A stretch of 64,000 nucleotides of DNA, taken from the sequence record PZ179880.1. The stretch is one strand, 5' to 3'. The notes under the pieces were generated by a model. It made no database searches. It saw nothing but the letters and a program-made list of their open reading frames with translations, and was not told the origin of the DNA. Positions 10,719 to 21,008 of the stretch are shown here, piece after piece. The DNA comes from a phage. The first letter of the stretch is position 1. Every line of letters starts with the position of its first letter. Position numbers and translations under genes: made by a program.

Positions 10719-10953
10719 CCTTAATACAAGATACGGCCATATCTCGCAATGATTTAGGTGTGTCATTATCTAAAATGTTGAAGTTAAAAGATACAGCCCA
10801 GTCAGTGCAGACCGTGACCTTTTTAATACAATTATCTTCAACCTCTAGCGGTTCAAACCAATATTCAATAATTTCTTTATGCCCAATATCATCTTTTACT
10901 TCGCATTCAAAATGCTGACTCATCATAACATTTTTAAATTCATCAAAAGTCAT
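10690..10953 (-). CDS. Hypothetical protein (46.2-like)
   Basis: 87 aa ORF adjoining the gene 47 stop. Confidence 0.5.
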   Translation of the reverse strand: MTFDEFKNVMMSQHFECEVKDDIGHKEIIEYWFEPLEVEDNCIKKVTVCTDWAVSFNFNILDNDTPKSLRDMAVSCIKDAYCEVFDI

Positions 10954-11969
10954 TGTGTTGCCTCTACATATAACTGATTTGCATATTGAATAAGTGCTTC
11001 ACGGTCAGAATCAGTGATGTCTGGAATTGCATTAATGTATTCTTCCATCAACGTCTGAAGAGATTGAACTTCAACTTCTTCACTGTCATCTGACTCGACA
11101 GAGTTATCAATCTTTGACACAACTCGTAATGAATGCACAACTTTTTCTAGTTCAGATTCGAACTTCGTTAGATTTTTGTCTACTTCAGTTACTATAACAC
11201 GTACTGATAGATTTGTAAAATCTTTATAGTCAATTTTTCCTTTAAATGGATAATGAATTCTACGATGCCAGGTAGTGTTGTTTGGAATAAATTCCATTCG
11301 TTCTGTTTCTGTATCAAACATCCAGAACCCACGAGGGTCATTCTCGTCACCTGCAGTTAGTGTCCATGGTGTCCCAATATATCTGACGTTAGCAGCCTCA
11401 GAGATAGTATGGAAGTGACCAGACCACACCTCTTTATAAGTCTTAAGGAAATCAGGTTCAAGACCGTGAGATTTCATTCCTTTATAAAAATAAAATCCAT
11501 TCAGTTCCCAGTGACCGACGCAAAAAGAAGCAGATGAAGTTTTGATGTGCTCAAGAATTTCACCAGTATTTTCTTCACACATCCAAGGAATTAAATCAAT
11601 TAAACATCCGTCAAAATCTACTGTAGTAGGCTTATCATATACTTTAACATTAGGATATTTAGCCAAAAGCTCAGTAGAGGCATTTGGAGTTAAAGTATTT
11701 TTAAAGTGCATATCATGGTTTCCTACAACAGTATGTAGGGTAATACCAGCATCATCAAGCATTTGAACTATTTCACGAGCGAACTCCATAGTTTTATGCG
11801 TGATTGCTTTTCGCACATCAAAAATATCGCCGTATTGAATCCATGTAGTAATTCCATTTTTCTTAGAATATTCTATTGCTTGTTTAATTCCATCCAACTG
11901 AATGGATTGAACCCACTCATCATCGGCTTTAACGCCTAAATGCCAATCACCTAAATTTAAAATTTTCAT
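10950..11969 (-). CDS. 47: Recombination endonuclease subunit gp47 (Mre11/SbcD-like phosphoesterase)
   Basis: 339 aa; metallophosphoesterase motifs (GDWH, GDIFD, GNHD). Confidence 0.95.
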   Translation of the reverse strand: MKILNLGDWHLGVKADDEWVQSIQLDGIKQAIEYSKKNGITTWIQYGDIFDVRKAITHKTMEFAREIVQMLDDAGITLHTVVGNHDMHFKNTLTPNASTELLAKYPNVKVYDKPTTVDFDGCLIDLIPWMCEENTGEILEHIKTSSASFCVGHWELNGFYFYKGMKSHGLEPDFLKTYKEVWSGHFHTISEAANVRYIGTPWTLTAGDENDPRGFWMFDTETERMEFIPNNTTWHRRIHYPFKGKIDYKDFTNLSVRVIVTEVDKNLTKFESELEKVVHSLRVVSKIDNSVESDDSEEVEVQSLQTLMEEYINAIPDITDSDREALIQYANQLYVEATQ

Positions 11970-12145
11970 ATATCAAGAACCGTCATTGAAATGCAAAATA
12001 AAATTATTGAAATAAACCCATCTGGCGTGCTAAAGAAACCAATCCAGCATGCTCTAGTGAATAGATAAAATGCAAGAAAAAGTATCACATATCCAAGAAA
12101 TATCATTATATCAAACTCCGTATAAAGCTAAAGGGCCGAAGCCCT

Positions 12146-13348
12146 TTATTTTGTAATAATGTCAAACTGTTCTTTAAAGCAGAAGCTTGAATCTTGATGC
12201 TGATACAAAAATTCATATGCTTTTTCTCGCTCACGGTCATAAAGAGCTCGGTCAGATGACAGTTCTTTAATACGTTCAAACGTTGATTCCATATCATTTT
12301 CATCAAACCAAATGATACCGCTATCATGCGAGGTCAAAGGAGTATTATCAACACGGAATTTTAAATTTTCGCCAGTAGATTTCCAAAATACCGGAATTGT
12401 TCCACATGCACCAAGCTCGAGATGAGTATATTCTAAAGAACGTTGTAGATATTTTTTGTCCAACTTACTCAGCTGATAACCAAATCCGGATTTACTCATG
12501 CGTTCAAGCATTTCGCTATTTACATAACGGTCAAGAATTTGCGTTGGCAAATTAGGAGCAATTTTAATTTGGTCTACTTGATGAAGACGATAATACTCGT
12601 ATGGAATTCCTTTTTCTTTAATAGGAATGAACGCTGGAGAACGTTCCAGACCTTCCATAATAGTACTTAGTCCTGCAGGTTTAAGATGTTTTTCATGAAA
12701 ATCAAACATCTGATAAAAACCTTTCCATGTAGTCGTACGACCAATCCAACGGTTGATATTCATGTTAATTTCAGAAACATCTTTCCAGTAGGTTGATCTA
12801 ACCTTCGCAATATCCATAGGAGGCTGAAAGTTATATACTGTCGGCGCTTCTTCAATATCATCAAACAAAGAAACTGTTTCAGGATACCATTCTTTCATCA
12901 GAACTTTATTAAAATCGCCATTATCAGAATGACTAAAAATAACATCAGCTCGACGAACAGTTTCTTCTAATCCCAAATTTCGGCGCAAAGAAAGAGAAGA
13001 ATGGTCATGTTGATAAACTACAACACGAACCGAAGGTTTAATGTTATCAATAATTTTTTTATAGTTATTAATAGTGTCTTCTTCAACTGAAGTAGCAGGA
13101 ACTGAATTGATAATTAGAATATCACAATCATTTACCAGCTTAAGTGTTTTATCGTATTCTTTTGCCAATAAAACCGGAATTGAAAATGATTTATAATCAT
13201 GCGCACAATTACGAGTAAATGATTTATCTTTAGCATAAACCAAAGTTACTTCATGACCATTTTTAATAAACCAATCACGCTGCTCAAGAGAAAATTTAGT
13301 TACACCGCAACCTTCAAGACCTCGAGCCATAAAAATACATACTTTCAT
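12146..13348 (-). CDS. agt: DNA alpha-glucosyltransferase
   Basis: 400 aa, closely resembles T4 alpha-gt (M.V/ICIFMARGLEGCGVTKF...). Confidence 0.92.
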   Translation of the reverse strand: MKVCIFMARGLEGCGVTKFSLEQRDWFIKNGHEVTLVYAKDKSFTRNCAHDYKSFSIPVLLAKEYDKTLKLVNDCDILIINSVPATSVEEDTINNYKKIIDNIKPSVRVVVYQHDHSSLSLRRNLGLEETVRRADVIFSHSDNGDFNKVLMKEWYPETVSLFDDIEEAPTVYNFQPPMDIAKVRSTYWKDVSEINMNINRWIGRTTTWKGFYQMFDFHEKHLKPAGLSTIMEGLERSPAFIPIKEKGIPYEYYRLHQVDQIKIAPNLPTQILDRYVNSEMLERMSKSGFGYQLSKLDKKYLQRSLEYTHLELGACGTIPVFWKSTGENLKFRVDNTPLTSHDSGIIWFDENDMESTFERIKELSSDRALYDREREKAYEFLYQHQDSSFCFKEQFDIITK

Positions 13349-13591
13349 TTAATATCCTCTTTGTTTTGGTTTATTTTACCAAAAATTTATAAAGCAATAT
13401 AGGAGCCGAAGCTCCTATCCACATAATACGCCATACAGAGGCTCGTTAGAACTTTTAAATTTTATGCGCTTATATTTTATAGTTCCTTCTGCTTTAGCTT
13501 TATCATGAGACTCTTTAAAGCGTCTCATCATTTCCTCTTTAGAGGAACGAATTTTATTATAATCTATTTCAGAAGTCTGGGTGTTCATCTT

Positions 13592-13798
13592 TCATAGTTT
13601 CCACCATTTTTTGACTTGATAGGAATCAACCCACACTTTCATATTAGGGTCTGCTCTTACAATAGGAGGATTAACTTCTTTAATTGAACTATCATGGTAT
13701 TCTTTTTCAGAAATTTTCACACAAAGATGACCATTTAAAGATTCAGTAAATCCTGCATTAATTTTAAGACGCTTGAATTTTACGTGTGTAAGCATCAA
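13592..13798 (-). CDS. Hypothetical protein
   Basis: 68 aa ORF between 55 and agt. Confidence 0.4.
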   Translation of the reverse strand: MMLTHVKFKRLKINAGFTESLNGHLCVKISEKEYHDSSIKEVNPPIVRADPNMKVWVDSYQVKKWWKL

Positions 13799-14081
13799 TC
13801 ATATCCTCAATCTGCGATCTAGTAGTCTTCCAAAGAATACTGATGAGTTCATCGTTATATGGCTGTTTCAGAATATCCCGACTTTTCTTGATAGCATATT
13901 CGTATTGAGCAAAATTATTGTTTTCAGCTGCGATCTGAGCGTGCTTATAAAGACGATTCAGTTCGCGTTTGTTTTTAGACAATAACTTATTTGCTTTTCT
14001 TTCTGCTTCAAGACGGTTCTTTTCTTCAATAGAAGAAATAAGCTTTTCCACTTCATCATTAATTTCGGGTTTATCAGTCAT
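13764..14081 (-). CDS. Hypothetical protein
   Basis: 105 aa, charged and helical. Confidence 0.5.
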   Translation of the reverse strand: MTDKPEINDEVEKLISSIEEKNRLEAERKANKLLSKNKRELNRLYKHAQIAAENNNFAQYEYAIKKSRDILKQPYNDELISILWKTTRSQIEDMIDAYTRKIQAS

Positions 14082-14082
14082 A

Positions 14083-14301
14083 TTATTTCTCTAATATAAA
14101 ATAAAAATCATCATCTGTTAAATGATACCGATAGTTTAATTCTACACCATTAGATTTAAAAGCGGTATCATACGGATTTTCTGGATCAATATCAATGTCA
14201 AGAGCTAAAACTTCCCTGAGATACATTTTAAGTAAATAGGGAATAGCTTCAACTTCAGGTATTTCTTCTAAGAATCCGGAGAGGTTAATCGTTAGCCTCA
14301 T
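14083..14301 (-). CDS. Hypothetical protein
   Basis: 72 aa ORF immediately downstream of gene 55. Confidence 0.5.
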
Positions 14302-14848
14302 ATAAAAAATCCAAACTAGGAGAATCGTCTACAACACTTTTCTTTTCAGCCCCCGGTGTTCTATAGGTTGATTCTTCGTAATGCGTCATTTTATCGTAGA
14401 TGTCTTGAATAAAAGTTTCATCTACTAACGCAACCATATCGTCGTCACGACTGTCATAGACATTGTGAACGAAGTAACTGTATTTCTTTGCAACTTCCTT
14501 ACGTTCTTTTTTAATACGTTGGACGAATGCATTAAAACAAGCTTGAGTTATATATGCATGTGGGTTTTTATATTTCGTTTCATCAAAATTATGAAGCCCC
14601 TTAATAGAAGCTTCTATACCATCTGCAATCATTTCTTGTTTCCAGGATTGGGTGTATCCTGAAAAGTTGAAACGTTTAGATAAGCCTTCTGCAATAAGCA
14701 TAATGGCTAATCCGATGGTATCATTCTGACGAACTACTTTATTTGGGTCTTTATTATTTGCTAATTCTGTTTTCCAATCAATAATAGCTTGTAAAAGCTC
14801 TTTATTGTTTACGTAATTATATTTAGGCTTAGTTTCTGACATTTTCAC
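14285..14848 (-). CDS. 55: Late-transcription sigma factor gp55
   Basis: 187 aa, matches T4 gp55. Confidence 0.93.
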
Positions 14849-14920
14849 CTCTTAGCTCAATTCATAGATCTATTATATCATAATATTTGAAGATCTATCT
14901 TAAAGCATAGAGGATATCAG

Positions 14921-15190
14921 TTATCTAAGTAAACAGTATGCTTGGAACACTTTCTCCATCATCTTTTTAAATTCATGAATATCTATGTAATGACTAGTTA
15001 AATCAGCATGATATAAAAAGTCTAAAAACTTTTCATGTGTGCTAACATATTCGCTTTCATTTAATTCAGAAACATGGCTTTCCCAATATCCAACACCAGT
15101 CTTATTTGGGAAAAATGAAATTTTCATGTATTGGTCAACATAGAAAATTCCATAATTTTCAATAGTAATAGAAATATTAATAAATTTCAT
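14921..15190 (-). CDS. Hypothetical protein
   Basis: 89 aa ORF. Confidence 0.45.
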   Translation of the reverse strand: MKFINISITIENYGIFYVDQYMKISFFPNKTGVGYWESHVSELNESEYVSTHEKFLDFLYHADLTSHYIDIHEFKKMMEKVFQAYCLLR

Positions 15191-15402
15191 ACATTCATCA
15201 ACTTAGCCGCTTCGAGAGCTGCATCTAATGAATCAAATTGATCGACATATTCAATTAATTCGCCATAATTAGCATATAACCACCATTGGCTAAATTCATA
15301 CTCAAGGATGAATCCGTTTCCTTCAATTTGAGTTAAACCAATGCCATTTGTATTTACTTCATATCCGGCAAGACGTAAATCGTTAATAAGAGCTTCGTTC
15401 AT
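15187..15402 (-). CDS. Hypothetical protein
   Basis: 71 aa ORF, overlaps neighbours by 4 nt (translational coupling). Confidence 0.45.
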   Translation of the reverse strand: MNEALINDLRLAGYEVNTNGIGLTQIEGNGFILEYEFSQWWLYANYGELIEYVDQFDSLDAALEAAKLMNV

Positions 15403-15404
15403 AA

Positions 15405-15731
15405 TTATACCTTAGTAATTTTCAGGTCTGCAAATTTTTTCTTACGTTGATTTTTCATGCGACGAATAGTTTTATCGGAAATTTCATGCTTTTGATAAGC
15501 TTTAGATTCTACACCAAAAGCTTTAACATCAAATTCTGACAAGATATATTGAACCAACAATTCACGGACAGTATTGCGTCCAATCTTCTGATCATTCTGT
15601 TTCATCGTCTGATGAAGCTCTTTTTCCCATTTATCCAAAATTTGAGGAGTTACAATATCGCCTTTTTCTAGCAAAGAAACTACTTTATCATATGCGTAAG
15701 AATTGATGGCGTTTTTAATTTGAATAGTCAT
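15405..15731 (-). CDS. Hypothetical protein
   Basis: 108 aa ORF. Confidence 0.5.
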   Translation of the reverse strand: MTIQIKNAINSYAYDKVVSLLEKGDIVTPQILDKWEKELHQTMKQNDQKIGRNTVRELLVQYILSEFDVKAFGVESKAYQKHEISDKTIRRMKNQRKKKFADLKITKV

Positions 15732-15783
15732 ACATTATCCTCAATTACGTTAAAATTTTATTATCCAAAAAGGGCCGAAGCCC

Positions 15784-15984
15784 TTAGCTAAACTTTTTGG
15801 CACCCTTCCAGCCTTCGTACATCATTGCGACTGACAATGACAAAGCTCCTTCACATGCTGCATACTTATTATTCCAGAACCAATTTAGAAAAACTTCATC
15901 CTCAATACCATTGTGTTTCATGTTCTGGAAAAATTTGGCGCGTTCTTCAGCAATTCGCTGCGATAATTTAGATTCAGGATTCAT
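15784..15984 (-). CDS. Hypothetical protein
   Basis: 66 aa ORF; UUCG hairpin just downstream. Confidence 0.45.
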   Translation of the reverse strand: MNPESKLSQRIAEERAKFFQNMKHNGIEDEVFLNWFWNNKYAACEGALSLSVAMMYEGWKGAKKFS

Positions 15985-16125
15985 TTAAATTTCCCAATTA
16001 CCATTTTCATCAATAAATTTAATCCAGTCATTTACTGACCATTTAGTTGTATCGCCTTTTGGAGTAGCATTTAAAGTATATAGCCCCCTTGCTTAAAAAG
16101 CATTCGTTTGATATTCATATTTTCC

Positions 16126-16464
16126 TCAGCTGTAACGATAGCACTCGTTTGATTTACGTTTAGCAACTCGTTGAGAAATATTATAATCAAAATCATCGTC
16201 AATGTAAACTGATTTTTTCAACTTTCTTACTTCACCACGTAATTGACGATTCAATTCATTCTTAACCTCTGAATCAACACCTCGCATACGTCGCCATTTA
16301 TCTGAGCGAAAAATGTTTTCAACCATATCTTTATGACTTACACCATCAGGAGCTTTACGCTTTCCGAAATAGTCATAATCACGTACTTTTAAATCTTTAC
16401 GACGATACGTTTTACCCATGGAGTTTAATTTCCTTAGCAACTGAACTAAATACAGCACGGTCAC
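16126..16464 (-). CDS. Hypothetical basic protein
   Basis: 112 aa, Arg/Lys-rich. Confidence 0.5.
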   Translation of the reverse strand: MTVLYLVQLLRKLNSMGKTYRRKDLKVRDYDYFGKRKAPDGVSHKDMVENIFRSDKWRRMRGVDSEVKNELNRQLRGEVRKLKKSVYIDDDFDYNISQRVAKRKSNECYRYS

Positions 16465-16624
16465 AAATCATCTGTTTATGTAACTTAAGTATAAGATAAT
16501 AAACTTCAAAACCGTTTACGTAAGTAACACGAACAACATTACCATTAATAAAATAATATTGTCCCTTTTTAATTTCTTTATCAACCACAACCATATCAAA
16601 TCCTCAAAGGCAATTCATATGTTA

Positions 16625-16654
16625 ATAATACCATAGTTTGAACTTCTTGTAAAC
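16625..16654 (-). promoter_or_regulatory. Early sigma70-type promoter
   Basis: Minus strand GTTTAC - 18 bp - TGG TATTAT. Confidence 0.55.
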
Positions 16655-16752
16655 AACTTTGTGAAAATTATTTTAGGGAATGATAAGAAGGGAACGATAG
16701 CTTAGAATGGTAATATACAGAATGTGAGAAAGAAAGGCCCAGAGGGCCCGTC

Positions 16753-17061
16753 TTAGTCTTCTATGATATCTCTATCATATCCAAGTGAAATGAGAGTTTC
16801 TTTGAAGTGTTTAATGTTCTTTTGTCTAGAATCATTAATGAAAATGACTGGATAACGAATGTTAAGAGATGTGAATCCAGCGCGTTTAGCAAGAGATACA
16901 ATCAGTGGACGATCATACTCAATCTTACCGTTATTTGTAAGAACTTTATAGAAAGTAAAAGGAGCATTGAGCTCCTTTAGAAGTTTTGTAACTGATTGAC
17001 ATCCAGGACAACGACCTACTTCATCTGGAATTCCATAGACTTCAATCTTGTTCTGTTTCAC
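16753..17061 (-). CDS. nrdH: Glutaredoxin-like protein NrdH
   Basis: 102 aa, CPGC redox motif, adjacent to nrdG/nrdD. Confidence 0.85.
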   Translation of the reverse strand: MKQNKIEVYGIPDEVGRCPGCQSVTKLLKELNAPFTFYKVLTNNGKIEYDRPLIVSLAKRAGFTSLNIRYPVIFINDSRQKNIKHFKETLISLGYDRDIIED

Positions 17062-17063
17062 AA

Positions 17064-17300
17064 CTATTCCTTACTAAGAGCAGCATTCAGCGTGTTAGTA
17101 ATTTTATCCAGACGCTCATTGAACTCGCTAGAAGATAGTCCTTTTTCTGGAGAAATTAAGCTAATCACGAAAAATATAGCAATAAAAGGAATAAGAAAAA
17201 TAGCACCAACTGCCATAAACAAAAAGAACGTTACAGTTGTAAGAAAATCAGCTAAACCTTTACGAAATTTATACATATTTACCCTTAATTGATTAACCAA
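17064..17300 (-). CDS. Small membrane protein
   Basis: 78 aa with one hydrophobic helix. Confidence 0.5.
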   Translation of the reverse strand: MVNQLRVNMYKFRKGLADFLTTVTFFLFMAVGAIFLIPFIAIFFVISLISPEKGLSSSEFNERLDKITNTLNAALSKE

Positions 17301-17390
17301 GCATTGATAAGTACTAAACTATACTGCGAATAAAATTCTGGACCAAAATGAAAAATCATATCATTTATAGTATCAATAATATAATTCAGT

Positions 17391-17861
17391 TTAATCATGT
17401 TTCCACACCCCATCGGTATTTGACCAAAGTCGCTGATTATCTGAACCTCGCCACAGCTTTTTGGTCGGAAGATTTTTCTCATACTTCCCATCAATAATAA
17501 CATCAACATATTTAAGCATTTCTAGTTGTTTAATATCTTCAAACTTGTACCCTGTCCACAACCAAATGCTTTTATTTGGATAAAGATTTTTTACTGTTTG
17601 AACAATGCAATGAACAACATCTCGGTTATCAGGATAAAGAGGGTCTCCTCCAGTTATAGTTAATCCTTCTATATAATCATTATTCAAACATTCAATTAAT
17701 TGTTCTAGTGTTTCACCAGTGAATGGAACGCCATTTCTAGCATTCCATGTTGATTTATTATAACACCCTTCACATTTATGCAAACACCCCGTAACGAAAA
17801 GAACGACCCTGCATCCAGGGCCATTCACAAAATCACAGGGATAAAATCTATCGTAATTCAT
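17391..17861 (-). CDS. nrdG: Anaerobic ribonucleotide reductase activating protein (radical SAM)
   Basis: 156 aa; cysteine cluster CLHKCEGC. Confidence 0.92.
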   Translation of the reverse strand: MNYDRFYPCDFVNGPGCRVVLFVTGCLHKCEGCYNKSTWNARNGVPFTGETLEQLIECLNNDYIEGLTITGGDPLYPDNRDVVHCIVQTVKNLYPNKSIWLWTGYKFEDIKQLEMLKYVDVIIDGKYEKNLPTKKLWRGSDNQRLWSNTDGVWKHD

Positions 17862-19675
17862 TGGTGTTTAACCCTATGCATGATTTCTTTATTTTTGCCA
17901 AGATTAAATCCGCGCTCGTTCGGATTTCCCAAATAACCGCAAGTTCTTCTTATTGTGTTCATCTTTTTAGGATCAGTTTCTCCACAAATAGAACAAACAA
18001 ACCCGTTTTCAGTAGGAGTCATTTCATGGGTACTTCCACACGTAAAACATTTATCTACTGGCATGTTAACACCAAAATAATCTAAATGTTGTGCAGCATA
18101 ATCCCAGACAGCCTCAAGACCTTTTAGGTTATTTTTCATATCAGGAAGTTCAACATAAGAAATGTGACCACCTGTCGCAATGAAATGATATGGGGCTTCG
18201 CGAGAAATCTTTTCAAACGGAGTAATATTTTCTTCTACTGAAACATGGAAACTGTTAGTGTACCATCCTTTATCGGTAACATCTTTTACACTTCCATATT
18301 TTTTTGTATCAAGTTTACAGAAGCGATAACAAAGGTTTTCAGCAGGAGTCGAATACAAACTAAAAGCAAACCCAGTTCTTTCAGCCCACTGTTTAAGACG
18401 AGCATTCATTTTAGTTAAAATTTCTTGTCCAATATCACGACCGACAAGAATATTCAATTCATGAATACCAATGTATCCTAAAGACACTGAACTTCTACCG
18501 TTTTTAAATAACTCAATTATGTCGTCATCAGGTTTAAGACGAACCCCGAATGCACCTTCTTGGTAAAGAATAGGAGCAACAGTCGCTTTAACTCCTTTTA
18601 AGGAACTAATTCTACACATCAAAGCTTCAAAACATAAATCCATTCGCTCATTGAACAATTCAGTAAATTTCTGTTCATTGAACTGTGTTCCAATATAAGA
18701 ATCCAACGCAATACGAGGAAGATTCAGTGTTACAACACCAAGATTATTACGTCCATCAAGAATTTCATTACCGGTTGAATCTTTCCACGCGCTCAAGAAA
18801 CTGCGGCAACCCATTGGAGAAACAGGAATAGATGAGCCGGTGATAGCTTTATTGTTCTTAGCTGAAATAATATCAGGATACATCCTTTTGCTTGCACACT
18901 CTAGAGCAAGCTGCTTAATATCATAGTTCGGATCGTCTTTATAAAGATTAACACCTTCTTCAACGAACATAACAAGCTTAGGGAAAATAGGAGTTATCCC
19001 ATCACGACCGAGACCTTTAATACGATTTTTCAGAATTGCTTTCTGAATCATTCGTTCAGTCCAGTCAGTTCCCGTACCAAATGTAATTGTTACAAAAGGA
19101 GTCTGTCCGTTTGAACTAAAGAGAGTATTTACTTCATATTCATAAGCTTGGAATGCATCGTATACATCTTTTTCTGTTTTAGATTGAGCATAATTTAACG
19201 CATCAGCGATTTGCCATTTTTCTGCATCCTCAATATGTTTTGCATAGGTGCGTTTAACATAAGGAGAAAGTACTTTATCTACATTAGCAAAAGTCGTTCC
19301 GCCATATTGATGGGAAGCAACTTGCGCAGTAATTTGTGCCATAATTGCAGTAGCAACGCCAATTGATTTAGGAGTTTCAATCTGCGCATTACCAAGCTTA
19401 AATCCGTTCTCAAGCATTCCTTTTAAATCTACTAAACAGCAATTAGTAAATGGAAGAGCAGGGGAATAATCAATATCATGAAAATGAATAATTCCGCTTT
19501 CATGCGCTTTCATAATAAAAGACGGGACCATATTTTTGGCAATGTGTTTAGACACAATACCAGCCATAAGGTCCCGTTGAGTTGGAAAAACACGAGAATC
19601 TTTATTAGCATTCTCGTTCAAAAGGTCTTTATTAGTTTTATGAATCAATCCTTCAATTTCTTTTTCAATTGTCAT
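17858..19675 (-). CDS. nrdD: Anaerobic ribonucleoside-triphosphate reductase (glycyl radical enzyme), uninterrupted
   Basis: 605 aa continuous ORF; C-terminal Zn-ribbon cysteines and glycyl-radical region. Confidence 0.95.
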   Translation of the reverse strand: MTIEKEIEGLIHKTNKDLLNENANKDSRVFPTQRDLMAGIVSKHIAKNMVPSFIMKAHESGIIHFHDIDYSPALPFTNCCLVDLKGMLENGFKLGNAQIETPKSIGVATAIMAQITAQVASHQYGGTTFANVDKVLSPYVKRTYAKHIEDAEKWQIADALNYAQSKTEKDVYDAFQAYEYEVNTLFSSNGQTPFVTITFGTGTDWTERMIQKAILKNRIKGLGRDGITPIFPKLVMFVEEGVNLYKDDPNYDIKQLALECASKRMYPDIISAKNNKAITGSSIPVSPMGCRSFLSAWKDSTGNEILDGRNNLGVVTLNLPRIALDSYIGTQFNEQKFTELFNERMDLCFEALMCRISSLKGVKATVAPILYQEGAFGVRLKPDDDIIELFKNGRSSVSLGYIGIHELNILVGRDIGQEILTKMNARLKQWAERTGFAFSLYSTPAENLCYRFCKLDTKKYGSVKDVTDKGWYTNSFHVSVEENITPFEKISREAPYHFIATGGHISYVELPDMKNNLKGLEAVWDYAAQHLDYFGVNMPVDKCFTCGSTHEMTPTENGFVCSICGETDPKKMNTIRRTCGYLGNPNERGFNLGKNKEIMHRVKHQ

Positions 19676-20145
19676 TTTAAACTCTTTCTAAGCTGCTTCT
19701 TAAATGAAGCTATTAATTGTGTTTTAGTGTCAGATTCATTATATTCAAATCCTCTTTGAAGCATCTCGGCCATCATTTCCTCTTTTCCTAAACGAGAAAA
19801 TTCCTTTGATTTATCTCCAACAAAGTTAGGGTGAATATTATTTTGGGTGTAATCGGATTTTAAATAAGTAAGTAAATTTTCTAACCATTCAAGATAATCA
19901 ACACCTTGTCCCTTTAAGCCAGAACGATTAAATTTATGCTTCATTTGACCTTCTGCGGCATTGCATAGATTACAAAGCAATCCACGTACCTTTCCTGCTT
20001 TTGGTCCATTTAATTCATGGTCATGATCAAGATGATTAGCTTGAACATCAGGATTTAGTTCTCGTTGGCAAATTAAGCATTTACCGTTTTGCGCATCATA
20101 AAATTTCTGTTTTTCTTCTTTATATAATTTGCCAGTCAATAACAT
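19672..20145 (-). CDS. 49: Endonuclease VII (Holliday junction resolvase)
   Basis: 157 aa, matches T4 endo VII (MLLTGKLYKEEKQKFYDAQNGKCLICQ...). Confidence 0.95.
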   Translation of the reverse strand: MLLTGKLYKEEKQKFYDAQNGKCLICQRELNPDVQANHLDHDHELNGPKAGKVRGLLCNLCNAAEGQMKHKFNRSGLKGQGVDYLEWLENLLTYLKSDYTQNNIHPNFVGDKSKEFSRLGKEEMMAEMLQRGFEYNESDTKTQLIASFKKQLRKSLK

Positions 20146-20177
20146 AATAAAACCCTTACCTTAAATAGATAAGGGTA

Positions 20178-20465
20178 TTTATTATTTTTAAGTATTGTAA
20201 AACATTCGATGCAATCGTTTATACTGTCGAATCATCTTTTTAGTAGGACGAGAATAGGTTCCTACGCAAGTGGTCATATGAGGGTCCGTAGAATGTCCTT
20301 TAATAAAAAGTTTCCAAACCTTACCGCCATTTAACTTTTCAGTATAAACCAATTCGGTTTTCATTAAAATGTCCTGTCAGAAAAAGAATTTTGAGTTTTT
20401 TCAAGTATTGTAAAACATTTGATGCAATCGCTTATATTGCCGAATCTTTTGGTCAGAAAAAGAAA
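20178..20465. repeat. Pair of ~50 bp direct repeats (about 90% identical) spanning the 3' ends of two adjacent ORFs
   Basis: Copy 1 about 20178-20235 and copy 2 about 20395-20455, both TTTTT(C)AAGTATTGTAAAACATT(C/T)GATGCAATCG... Confidence 0.7.
20196..20366 (-). CDS. Hypothetical 57 aa protein sharing its C-terminal 14 residues with the next ORF
   Basis: Hand-translated MKTELVYTEKLNGGKVWKLFIKGHSTDPHMTTCVGTYSRPTKKMIRQYKRLHRMFYNT; not in ORF track (<60 aa). Confidence 0.4.
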
Positions 20466-20904
20466 TTTGAGTTTCAAGCCATTCAATGTACTCTGCGGCA
20501 GCTTGCATCAGGTTACCTTCATAGCCATCGTTATTTTCTTGCGCAGCTAATTTAGCTAATGCGTATGAAATACGTTCACCTTGAAAAGCGGCTTTAGGCT
20601 TCTGAACATCTTGGCTAGTTCTCTCTACAACTTCTTCAATTTCGCCATTTTCAACGGATTCAGTATTCCACAAACACCAGTATGTAATTGGCTTATCATA
20701 GATGTTAATAATCTTTCCGTCGGAAAGTTCAATTTCAATAATTCCAGTATCAGGTTCTATATCATCTTCGCATTCTTTTGCAAGTTCACGAACTTTAAAG
20801 ACAATACCTGCACTAAGTTCAGGCCAGTAATTACACAGCCCTTTATCAGCACGATTAATTCTAAACCACTTATCTACTGTAATCATGTCCCATCTCCATA
20901 TCAA
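20401..20904 (-). CDS. Hypothetical protein at the T4 pin locus (possibly protease inhibitor Pin)
   Basis: 167 aa ORF between 49 and nrdC; product assignment by position only. Confidence 0.45.
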   Translation of the reverse strand: MIWRWDMITVDKWFRINRADKGLCNYWPELSAGIVFKVRELAKECEDDIEPDTGIIEIELSDGKIINIYDKPITYWCLWNTESVENGEIEEVVERTSQDVQKPKAAFQGERISYALAKLAAQENNDGYEGNLMQAAAEYIEWLETQISFSDQKIRQYKRLHQMFYNT

Positions 20905-21008
20905 TTATGTCATTTATTGTAGGTTCATTATATACTGTTTCTTCATCAGTGTAAACCGGTTCTTCCGGCTCTGGCTCCACAGTTTCCCATCTAACCGCCC
21001 ACCAAGGT

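Noticed and set aside
12106-12327. 73 aa ORF overlapping the 3' end of alpha-gt
   Set aside because: Out-of-frame overlap with a confident gene, and its start lies within the intergenic hairpin.
16412-16594. 60 aa ORF overlapping the start of the 112 aa basic protein gene
   Set aside because: 53 nt out-of-frame overlap with the neighbouring ORF and no clear ribosome-binding site; it may be real but is not supported well enough to list.
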